This document shows, piece after piece, positions 34,955 through 42,869 of a DNA stretch of 64,000 bases (positions are counted from its first letter, which is position 1; each line of letters begins with the position of its first letter). The notes under the pieces are model-generated. The model was given only the letters and a program-made list of their open reading frames with translations. It was not told the DNA's origin and made no database searches. This DNA comes from a virus (taxonomy: Duplodnaviria > Caudoviricetes): positions 34 through 64,033 of IMG/VR virus record IMGVR_UViG_3300049212_000062; one strand, given 5' to 3'. A program made the translations under genes and the position numbers.

Positions 34955-35883
34955 ACCTCTTCCTTGCGGCCGTCTACACCAATCAATACAGGTGGGGGCA
35001 AAAGCAGTACCCCCACTTCAACGACCGCGAGCGGCAGGTTGTCGACAACATCCCGCACATCCTGGAGTCATACCACTACGTCGGTAAGCAGCGGTATGTG
35101 GACGAGATGCGCGCCAGCGGCGCTAAGGTGTTCTTGGACTCTGGCGCGTTCTCGGCGAAGAGCCTCGGCATTGACATCAGCGTGGACGAATACTGCGAAT
35201 ACATCCACCGCAACCGTGACATCATTCGGGTAGAGGACGGTGTGCTAATGGCGTCTGTGCTTGACGGCATTGGCGACCCGCTGCTTACGTACCAGAACCA
35301 GATCTACATGGAGCGTAAGGGGGCCAAGCCGCTCCCCTGCTTCCACTTTGGCGAGGACGAGCGTTACCTTGAGTGGTACGTTGCGAACTACGAATACATC
35401 ACGATCGGCGGCATGGTGCGCACAAGCGCCGAAGACGTCATGCAGTGGCTCGACCGCGTGTGGGACCGCTACATGCTGGACGGGGCCGGGCGCCCGAAGC
35501 TCAAGGTGCACGCCTTCGGCGTCACCACCATCTCGCTCATGGAGCGCTACCCGTGGCACAGCGTTGACAGCTCCTCGTGGATCCAGGCCGCCAGCTTCGG
35601 CAGCATCTACACCGTCGAACACGGGCCCATTGCCATCTCAGAGAAGAGCCCAAGCCGGCACGACATGGGCCGGCACCTGTCGACGCTCACCGCACCGGAG
35701 CGAGAGCAGGTCGAGCGAGAACTGATGCAGGAGGGCTTCGAACACGAGCGTCTTGCGTCGGTGTACCAAAGCCGCGCCGCGTTCAACATGCTTGGATACA
35801 TGAAGCTCAACGTCGAGCTGAACAATCACTTCGCCGCCTGCAATGGCGTGCTAGACTGCCACAAGGTCCAACAACTCTTTTGA
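34951..35883 (+). CDS. dpdA: TGT-fold DNA deazaguanine transglycosylase (DpdA-like)
   Basis: VFLDSGAFS, LDGIGD, IGGMV, KVHAFG and YPWHSVDSSSW motifs; follows queC. Confidence 0.8.
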   Translation: MNLFLAAVYTNQYRWGQKQYPHFNDRERQVVDNIPHILESYHYVGKQRYVDEMRASGAKVFLDSGAFSAKSLGIDISVDEYCEYIHRNRDIIRVEDGVLMASVLDGIGDPLLTYQNQIYMERKGAKPLPCFHFGEDERYLEWYVANYEYITIGGMVRTSAEDVMQWLDRVWDRYMLDGAGRPKLKVHAFGVTTISLMERYPWHSVDSSSWIQAASFGSIYTVEHGPIAISEKSPSRHDMGRHLSTLTAPEREQVERELMQEGFEHERLASVYQSRAAFNMLGYMKLNVELNNHFAACNGVLDCHKVQQLF

Positions 35884-35889
35884 GGTCTC

Positions 35890-36201
35890 ATGAAATACGT
35901 TGTTCTGCGCGTGCGCAAACCCGGCGAAGACAGCGCAATGGAGTTCCCGATTGCCTTCCCGGAGCATCTGGTGCACAGCTTCGCCGCCGCACAACTCACC
36001 GCAATGCTGCGCATGCAGTACCCGAAGCACACCGAGGTGACGTGCACGGCTGCCGGTATGTTCAGCTCTATGGTGTTTGCCGGCATGGAGCCGAACGGGA
36101 AGTCTGATTCGCTGGGCGGCATTGCCAACCGCGGCGACCAAGACATGCGGTTGTTCATGATGAACAACTACGGCGCGATGCACGTGGACGTCGAGCCGTG
36201 A
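35890..36201 (+). CDS. Hypothetical protein in the deazaguanine operon
   Basis: GAGG RBS; EFPIAFPEHLVH...AAGMF...GKSDSLG. Confidence 0.7.
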   Translation: MKYVVLRVRKPGEDSAMEFPIAFPEHLVHSFAAAQLTAMLRMQYPKHTEVTCTAAGMFSSMVFAGMEPNGKSDSLGGIANRGDQDMRLFMMNNYGAMHVDVEP

Positions 36202-36833
36202 AAGTCGTAGTGCTGTGGAGCGGTGGCGTCGAGAGCACGTCGCTGCTGCTGTGGGCCTTGCAGCAGCCCGACACAGAGGTGCACGCGCACTTCGTTGAAC
36301 TGCAGAACCAGGAGCGCCGGCACCTGTGCGAGCGGCGTGCGGTGAACCGCCTGCGGCGCCTGCTGCCTGCCAACCTTGTGGTTACCCGCTCCGCCATCAC
36401 GATCATGGAAGGGCAGGCTACGGCTATCGACGCCGAAGTGCTGTACCCGATCGGCCGCGTGGTTGCCCGGCACGTTGGCGCGGAGCGGGTGCTGCGTGGC
36501 TGGTGTGCAGAGGACGAGTGGCACCGGGGCTCGGGTGCACCGCCGATGAAATGGCGCGGCCCGTGCACACGGTTCGAAACCATCGCACGGCGGGTGCTTG
36601 GTGACGAGGCCGAGACGCTTACACCGTGGCTGCCCGAGCTGTACACCAAGGCGAAGGCATGGCACTGGGCCAACCTGGGCGAACTGGCGCAGCACACCTG
36701 GAGCTGTCGCCGGCCAGTCAACGACGAGCCCTGCGGCCTGTGCCATGCTTGCACAGAGCGCGTGCTGGCTGCCAAGGGGCAGAGCGCGCTGGTGTTCCCT
36801 GCGTTGCCACCTACTTCACCACATGCTCGCTGA
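36198..36833 (+). CDS. Second, divergent QueC-like PP-loop ATPase
   Basis: VVVLWSGGVEST and TWSCRRPVNDEPCGLCHAC; lacks the PxRN motif. Confidence 0.8.
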   Translation: MKVVVLWSGGVESTSLLLWALQQPDTEVHAHFVELQNQERRHLCERRAVNRLRRLLPANLVVTRSAITIMEGQATAIDAEVLYPIGRVVARHVGAERVLRGWCAEDEWHRGSGAPPMKWRGPCTRFETIARRVLGDEAETLTPWLPELYTKAKAWHWANLGELAQHTWSCRRPVNDEPCGLCHACTERVLAAKGQSALVFPALPPTSPHAR

Positions 36834-37776
36834 CCTCAAGTTCGTGCAGGGCGCCGTCGCCAAGAAAGACTTCCTGCCGGCGCTCACCCACTTCTGCATC
36901 GAGAACGGCACGGTGCGGGGCTATAACGGCACCATCGCGCTATGCAGCCCCATCCCGTTCGACATTGCCTGCAAGCCCAAGGCGGAGACGCTGGTGCGTG
37001 CAATCGGCAACTGCGCCGACACGGTGCAGTTGAGCCTCACGCCCGCCGGCAGACTCAGCGTGAAGAGCGGCAGCTTTAAGACGTTCATCGACTGCGTTGA
37101 CGGCGAGACGCCGCATTTGTTGCCAACGGGGCAGCGGGTGGAGGTGAACGGGGTTGCGCTGCTGGCCGGGCTCAAGGCCGTGCAGGCATTCATCGGCGAG
37201 GACGCTAGCCGGGCGTGGTGCAATGGCGTGCTGCTAAAGGGCGGCAGCATGTTCGCCACCAACAACGTGACGCTAGTAGAGTTCTGGGCCGGTAGCACGC
37301 TGCCCATTGTTGCCAACCTCCCGCGCACCGCAGTACGCGAGCTGATCCGTATCGGCGAGCCGCCATCGCATGCGCAGTACGACGAGACAAGCGTCACCTT
37401 CCACTACGAGGGCCGCCGCTGGCTGCGCACGCAGTTGCTGCCGGCAGACTGGCCGGACCTGAGCCGCGTGCTGGACCAGCCTTGCACACCGCAGCCCGTC
37501 GACAGCCGTATCTTCGAGGCCCTTGAAGTCATCAAGCCGTTCGCCGACAAGCTGGGCCGGGTGCTGTTCCAGGGTGGCAGCATGTGCACGCACGAGGCCG
37601 AGGGTGAGGGCGCGAGCTACGCTGTGGACGGGCTGGCAGTGGACGGGGTGTACAACATCGAGATGCTGGAACTGCTGCAAGGCGTGGCCGTGCAGGTTGA
37701 CTTCACCACATACCCGAAGCCGTGCTTGTTCTTTGGTGAGAACATTCGCGGCGCAATCATTGGGATGCGCAAGTGA
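36823..37776 (+). CDS. DNA polymerase sliding clamp (beta-subunit-like)
   Basis: MLADLKFVQGAVAKKD...NGVLL...FATNN...WPDL; located just before polA. Confidence 0.75.
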   Translation: MLADLKFVQGAVAKKDFLPALTHFCIENGTVRGYNGTIALCSPIPFDIACKPKAETLVRAIGNCADTVQLSLTPAGRLSVKSGSFKTFIDCVDGETPHLLPTGQRVEVNGVALLAGLKAVQAFIGEDASRAWCNGVLLKGGSMFATNNVTLVEFWAGSTLPIVANLPRTAVRELIRIGEPPSHAQYDETSVTFHYEGRRWLRTQLLPADWPDLSRVLDQPCTPQPVDSRIFEALEVIKPFADKLGRVLFQGGSMCTHEAEGEGASYAVDGLAVDGVYNIEMLELLQGVAVQVDFTTYPKPCLFFGENIRGAIIGMRK

Positions 37777-38225
37777 GAGCTGACTTCGTGGCTGCGGGGT
37801 TCGCGTACAGCATTGTCACAGGCAGGCTATATCGAGATGGCGTGCCCTGTTACTCGCTCGATAAACACGGTTATCGAATTGTTAGTTTCAACGGTAGAAG
37901 TTATCGGCAACACCGTGTTGCGTGGTTGCTTGTGACCGGCGAATGGCCAGCGTTCGAAATAGACCACGAAGACCGGCGTCCGTGGAACAATAGCTGGCAC
38001 AACCTGCGCGAAGCAACACACCCGCAAAACGCCCAGAATCGCGTTGCACACCGCAATAGCAAGAGCGGTGTCCGCGGTGTTCGTTGGCGCGAGAAAGACA
38101 AACTCTGGGAACCACGCATAATGAAGGACGGGCGTCCTGTGAACCTAGGCCTTTACGCCTGTCTGCTAGACGCTGTAGCCGCACGCAAACGCGCCGAAAG
38201 GACGCTCTTCACTCATGCGAGCTGA
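37773..38225 (+). CDS. Free-standing HNH(-AP2) homing endonuclease
   Basis: HRVAWLL.TGEWP..IDHED....NN...NLREAT..QN and SGVRGV.W...W...I...LG motifs; lower GC than neighbours. Confidence 0.92.
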   Translation: MRADFVAAGFAYSIVTGRLYRDGVPCYSLDKHGYRIVSFNGRSYRQHRVAWLLVTGEWPAFEIDHEDRRPWNNSWHNLREATHPQNAQNRVAHRNSKSGVRGVRWREKDKLWEPRIMKDGRPVNLGLYACLLDAVAARKRAERTLFTHAS

Positions 38226-40260
38226 CGCGCTCGGAATGTTCTGGGAGGACATACCCGTCAAAGCCGCACGCGGCGAACGCGGCCCGCGCATCATCCCGCC
38301 AACGCCCGACACCGGCTGGCAGCCGCCGCGCTACCTGCCGGACCTGTCGCGCGCACGTGTCATTTCCATTGACCTGGAGACCAAAGACCCGGAGCTGACC
38401 GACTACAAAGACGACGACGGCAACGAGGTCAAGGGCAAGGGCCCCGGCTGGGCGCGCGGCGTGGGCCATATCGTCGGCATTGCTGTCGGCGCGGACGGTG
38501 GCGGGCGGTGGTACTTCCCGATTCGCCACGAGGTAGAGCCCGAGTACAACTGGGATCCTGCGACCGTGCTGGCGTGGGCGGCTGAACAACTGGGCCGGGC
38601 ACACCAGCCGAAGGTCGGCGCCAACATCATCTACGACGTTGGCTGGCTGAAGCACGAAGGCGTAGAGGTGCGCGGCACCCTGTACGACGTGCAACACGCC
38701 GAAGCACTGCTGGACGAACGGGCGCAGGTCAACCTCGAAACGCTGGGTCAGAAGTACCTGGGCGAAGGCAAGGACTCGCGCATCCTCTACGACTGGTGTG
38801 CACGCGCCTACGGCGGGCCGGCAAGCCCGGTGCAGCGGAAGAATATCTACCGCACGTCGCCGCGCCTGTCGGGCCCGTATGCTGAGTCAGACGCGGACCT
38901 GCCGCTGCGTGTCATTGAACAGCAGTGGCCGCTCTTGGTGCGCGACGGCCTGCTGGACCTGTTCCACATCGAGTGCCGGCTAACGCCGTTGCTCATTGCC
39001 ATGCGGTTCGCTGGCGTGCGCGTGCACATCCCGCGCGCCGAAGCCCTGTATGAGACGCTCGGCGAGCGCGCCAAGAAGGCGAACGAAGCGCTGAACGAGA
39101 TGGCCGGCAGTGTGGTCAATGTCGACAGTGCGGAAACCATTGTGCGGGCGTTCGACAAGCTGGGCGTCCCGTACCCCAAGACGGCCAAGGGCAAGGCAAG
39201 CTTCCGGAAAGAGTTCTTAGAAGAGCTAGACCATCCGGTCGGCGCTGCGATCCGCGATGTGCGCAAGCTGGAGAAGCTGAAGAACGTGTTCGTTCGCAGC
39301 TACATCCTCAACGCCCAGCGCGCCGGCATGGTCTACGGTCAGTTCCACAACCTGCGCAGTGACCAGTCGGGCACCCGCAGCGGCCGGTTCAGCGGCAGCA
39401 CACCAAACCTGCAGAACCTGCCAAGCCGCGACGAAGAGCTGGCGCCGCTGGTGCGCGGGCTGTTCATCCCCGATGACGGTCACAAGCAATGGCGTCGGTA
39501 CGACTACTCGCAGATCGAGTACCGGTTCTTGATCCACTTTGCAGTGGGGCCGGGCAGCGACGACGCGCGCAGCCGCTTCATCGCCAACCCCGCAACCGAC
39601 TACCACGAGTGGACGCTCGACCTCGTGGCACCTGTCGCCGGCTGGGACATCAGCACCAAGGACAAGCGCAAGCACCGCCGCAAGCCAATCAAGAATATCA
39701 ACTTCGGCCTGATCTACGGCATGGGCGTCGACAAGCTGGCGCGCAGCTTGGGCCTCACCAAGAAGGAAGGTAAGAACCTCTTCAAGGTTTACCACACGGC
39801 CGTCCCGTTTGCGCAGGCCACCATGGAGGACTGCATTCAAGAGGCCCAGCGCACCGGCACCGTGCGCACGATCCTGAACCGTGCCAGCCGCTTCGACTTG
39901 TGGGAGCCGGCCGGGTGGGAGAACGAAGGCGTCGCCCTGCCCTACACCGCCGCGCTCAACAAGTACGGCAACAACATCGAGCGGGCGCACACGCACAAGG
40001 CGCTGAACCGCAAGCTGCAAGGCAGCGCGGCGGACCTGATGAAGAAAGCAATGCTGCGCTGCTGGGAAGAGGGCGTGTTCGACGTCACCGGCGTGCCCCG
40101 CCTCACGGTGCACGACGAGCTGGACTTCAGCGACACTGGCGCACCCGGCACCGAAGAGGCCTTCGCATACATGCAGCACGTCATGGAGACGGCAATTCCG
40201 CTGCGCATCCCGGTGCGGGCCGACATGGAGATCGGGCCTGACTGGGGACACTGCGAGTGA
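38215..40260 (+). CDS. polA: Family A DNA polymerase with 3'-5' exonuclease domain
   Basis: DLET, SGRFS..PNLQN, DYSQIE, KNINFGLIYG, LQGSAAD and VHDEL motifs. Confidence 0.97.
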   Translation: MRADALGMFWEDIPVKAARGERGPRIIPPTPDTGWQPPRYLPDLSRARVISIDLETKDPELTDYKDDDGNEVKGKGPGWARGVGHIVGIAVGADGGGRWYFPIRHEVEPEYNWDPATVLAWAAEQLGRAHQPKVGANIIYDVGWLKHEGVEVRGTLYDVQHAEALLDERAQVNLETLGQKYLGEGKDSRILYDWCARAYGGPASPVQRKNIYRTSPRLSGPYAESDADLPLRVIEQQWPLLVRDGLLDLFHIECRLTPLLIAMRFAGVRVHIPRAEALYETLGERAKKANEALNEMAGSVVNVDSAETIVRAFDKLGVPYPKTAKGKASFRKEFLEELDHPVGAAIRDVRKLEKLKNVFVRSYILNAQRAGMVYGQFHNLRSDQSGTRSGRFSGSTPNLQNLPSRDEELAPLVRGLFIPDDGHKQWRRYDYSQIEYRFLIHFAVGPGSDDARSRFIANPATDYHEWTLDLVAPVAGWDISTKDKRKHRRKPIKNINFGLIYGMGVDKLARSLGLTKKEGKNLFKVYHTAVPFAQATMEDCIQEAQRTGTVRTILNRASRFDLWEPAGWENEGVALPYTAALNKYGNNIERAHTHKALNRKLQGSAADLMKKAMLRCWEEGVFDVTGVPRLTVHDELDFSDTGAPGTEEAFAYMQHVMETAIPLRIPVRADMEIGPDWGHCE

Positions 40261-40315
40261 GAGATGTAACAAATGTAACGTCGACTTGCTCAAGAGGCAC
40301 CGACCGCTCTACATT
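40261..40315 (+). promoter_or_regulatory. GAGATGTAACAAATGTAAC box plus promoter TTGCTC-N18-TACATT
   Basis: Box shared with 16463-16481 on the minus strand; followed by CATCGCAACCGGAG. Confidence 0.7.
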
Positions 40316-40340
40316 AGAGCCATCGCAACCGGAGACCTAC

Positions 40341-40598
40341 ATGCAAGCCTTTAACCACCCGAACGAAATGATTCGCGCAGCCGACCTGCGTGGTCCTGCT
40401 GACCTGTATGCAGCCTTGCTGACGGTCAAGAACGGTTTCGGCAACGGCTCGATCCTGGGTTGCTACTGCATCACCAAGGCGCAAGCGAAGGCCGCCGGCA
40501 TCGAGTGGCAGTTCGTGGTTGACTCTTGCAACGTGCTGAACCTCAACCTCAGCAATCGCGCCGGCCGCCGTGGGCACAGCATCGACAACCTGGGGTAA
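40341..40598 (+). CDS. Hypothetical early protein
   Basis: GGAG RBS and its own promoter. Confidence 0.7.
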   Translation: MQAFNHPNEMIRAADLRGPADLYAALLTVKNGFGNGSILGCYCITKAQAKAAGIEWQFVVDSCNVLNLNLSNRAGRRGHSIDNLG

Positions 40599-40612
40599 GT
40601 AGAATTCCTGGG

Positions 40613-40641
40613 TAGGCGATGCGTCTAGCATCACCTACATT
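40613..40641 (+). promoter_or_regulatory. Promoter TAGGCG-N17-TACATT
   Basis: CTACATTAGAG..CAT..CAAC.GGAG is a near-repeat of 40309-40334. Confidence 0.55.
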
Positions 40642-40672
40642 AGAGGCATACAACAGGAGCCGGTTCCTAACT

Positions 40673-41038
40673 ATGAAAGCGAGGCTTACGATGCGTGAAT
40701 CACAGCGCGCCTACAGCGAGGGCTACGCGCCCGAAACCAACCTGCGTGAAGGCAGCGGTTTCCGGGCCCCCAGCCGCCAGGGGCGCCCTACCCCTTGCCC
40801 ACGGCGCAAACGCGCAGCCACGGCCCGGCCAGCCCGGTTCGCGCCCTACCTGTGGGCATTTGGCTTGCTGGTGTTGCTGTGGACGCTGGGTGCCGCTGTT
40901 GGGCTGTGGCTGCGGGACGTCCGACCGGTGGACACTTCCGCTTACTGCGCAGCCGTGTACGCGGGGCAGATCCCCGACTGGCGGCACACCTACGCCCAGC
41001 AGTGCGCCGGGCCCAAGCTCAAGACGTCGCGTAGCTGA
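40673..41038 (+). CDS. Hypothetical membrane protein
   Basis: Single TM segment YLWAFGLLVLLWTLGAAVGLWL; YC...PDW...C. Confidence 0.6.
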   Translation: MKARLTMRESQRAYSEGYAPETNLREGSGFRAPSRQGRPTPCPRRKRAATARPARFAPYLWAFGLLVLLWTLGAAVGLWLRDVRPVDTSAYCAAVYAGQIPDWRHTYAQQCAGPKLKTSRS

Positions 41039-41519
41039 GGCAGATGTCGCGCTCGGCTGCCCGGCGCTTGGACAAGCCCGGCAGCGGCACCAGCACGCCG
41101 GCGATACGGGCCTTGTCCCAGCGCGGCAGTTGATTGCACGCGCCGGCCCAGTCCTTCGCGGCCAGCATGCGCGCAGCCGTCGACGCCTGCGGGTTGCAGG
41201 CGATGGTCGGGCCCAGGTTGTAGACTGCGTCACTGAACGCTGCCAGCACAGCCGGCGGGGCCTCGGGCGCGCAGCGGTCGACCTGCACCACCGCGCCCAT
41301 CATGTCGGCGTCCAGGCGCGCCCGGCATTCTTCCAGGCTGTACACCTTGCCCTTGACCACATTGGTTGTTGACCCGTAGCACACCGTCAGGATGCCGGGC
41401 GGGTCGTAGTAGGCCACTTGCCGCAGGCCCTCGGCTGGCACAGCGAGTGCCGCCGCAACGGCCGCAGCGACCCCTAGGCGCTTCGCGCGGGGCGTCCGGG
41501 TGGGTTGGGCTTCGGTCAT
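41019..41519 (-). CDS. SAR-type endolysin (GH24 lysozyme)
   Basis: Ala-rich N-terminal SAR segment, then the E-x8-D-x5-T triad (EGLRQVAYYDPPGILT), YNLG and GLSKRR..E. Confidence 0.93.
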   Translation of the reverse strand: MTEAQPTRTPRAKRLGVAAAVAAALAVPAEGLRQVAYYDPPGILTVCYGSTTNVVKGKVYSLEECRARLDADMMGAVVQVDRCAPEAPPAVLAAFSDAVYNLGPTIACNPQASTAARMLAAKDWAGACNQLPRWDKARIAGVLVPLPGLSKRRAAERDICLSYATS

Positions 41520-41743
41520 GGCTGCGTGCCCCCTGTGCCGTTGATTTGCTGGTCTAGCACCCGCACCACGACGGCAGCAGCTCCGCACACGGCGCCGGCA
41601 GCCGCCAGCTTGCCACCGGCCGGGGCGTACTGGTTCGCCACAAGCTCGCCCGCCGACAGTACCGCGCCCACAGAGGCAAGGCGCACCGACCACGCCTTCT
41701 TGAGCACGTTCTTCCAGTTCGGGATCAGGTGCATCCTGCGCAT
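41516..41743 (-). CDS. Holin (two TM helices) with MRRM dual-start motif
   Basis: LIPNWKNVLKKAWSVR...VRVLDQ; immediately upstream of the endolysin. Confidence 0.8.
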   Translation of the reverse strand: MRRMHLIPNWKNVLKKAWSVRLASVGAVLSAGELVANQYAPAGGKLAAAGAVCGAAAVVVRVLDQQINGTGGTQP

Positions 41744-41756
41744 GGTGCAGCCCTCC

Positions 41757-42209
41757 TTAGGCCCAGGGGATCGACAGCGCCGAGGTCGGGAACTTGACCG
41801 GGTCTCCGTTGGCAATGGAACGCGGTGTCGGCACACCGCCGCTGTCGACAATGGCGCCCCACATGAGCCGGTTCCCGCTGGTGACGGCGTCGTACGCTTC
41901 CCAGTAGGTCACCGTTCCCCATGCCCCGCCAGCGGTGCCGAAGTCGATGTCGGCGTTGTTGCTGGTCGTGCCGCTGGTGCCGCTGCTGGCGCTGGTGCTG
42001 CCTGCGCCTTGCGTGCCGCACCAGTCGGTGAGCGACGTTGGTACTTCGACGCGGGCGTAACCCGTGCCGCTCACCTCCGTGCCCGCCGTGGCCGCGTTGG
42101 GCGTTGTGGTCACCAGCGCAATGAACACAGATGTCGGCGGAGTGAACGTCTGGCCGCGCATGAGCCAGTCGATCAGGTTGTTCCGCAAGTAGTTCGTCAA
42201 ACCAGCCAT
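41757..42209 (-). CDS. Virion/tail protein
   Basis: LTNYLRN.LID...EVSGTGYARV...WGTVTY...DA.TSGN motif. Confidence 0.75.
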   Translation of the reverse strand: MAGLTNYLRNNLIDWLMRGQTFTPPTSVFIALVTTTPNAATAGTEVSGTGYARVEVPTSLTDWCGTQGAGSTSASSGTSGTTSNNADIDFGTAGGAWGTVTYWEAYDAVTSGNRLMWGAIVDSGGVPTPRSIANGDPVKFPTSALSIPWA

Positions 42210-42218
42210 GTCAGCTCC

Positions 42219-42869
42219 TTACCATTCCACAACGCACACGCCGGGCGACCCGTCTTCCGGGCCGGGCGAGTGAAGACTTTCGTACGTGCCGCCGTAACCT
42301 TTGATACCGGCACCACCGCGACCACCCTTGCCGAAGCCTCGGATGATGCCGAAGTGGAAGATGTAGCGGCAGTAATGATCGTTGTCGTGGAAGACGGTCG
42401 GGGCGCCCGGCGGGAACGTTGCCGCGCCCGGGTTGCCCTTCGGCACGACCGCGTCATACCACACACCGGTCGGCGTGCCGCCAATCTGGCCGCCCGCACT
42501 GCTCATCAGTGTTCCGAAGCTGGTGGTGCCGCCCGTCGGTGTGCCGCTGGTGCCACCGGCACCGATGGTGACGTTGAACGCAGTGCCGGCGTCGTAGCCG
42601 GAGATCACGGCGCTGATCATTGGGGCATCGCCGCCCTCGCCACCAGCAAGCACGGTGCTGTCTTCGCCAAAGCCAACGTCCACGGCGGCATGCCCACGTC
42701 CACCACCGCCGCACAGCGTGACACGGAACCGGTTGATGCCAGCGGGTAGCGTGAACGTCCCGTTGCTGACGTACACCGTGCGACCACCGCGATTGTTGTA
42801 GTGGTCGATCATCGCGTTCATTGTCGCCGCCAGTACTGGGTCGGCGACTGCAACGTGGCTAAGAGGCAT
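42219..42869 (-). CDS. Glycine-rich tail tip protein
   Basis: GTFTLPAG...VTLCGGGG...VTIGAGG...GVCVVEW. Confidence 0.75.
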   Translation of the reverse strand: MPLSHVAVADPVLAATMNAMIDHYNNRGGRTVYVSNGTFTLPAGINRFRVTLCGGGGRGHAAVDVGFGEDSTVLAGGEGGDAPMISAVISGYDAGTAFNVTIGAGGTSGTPTGGTTSFGTLMSSAGGQIGGTPTGVWYDAVVPKGNPGAATFPPGAPTVFHDNDHYCRYIFHFGIIRGFGKGGRGGAGIKGYGGTYESLHSPGPEDGSPGVCVVEW

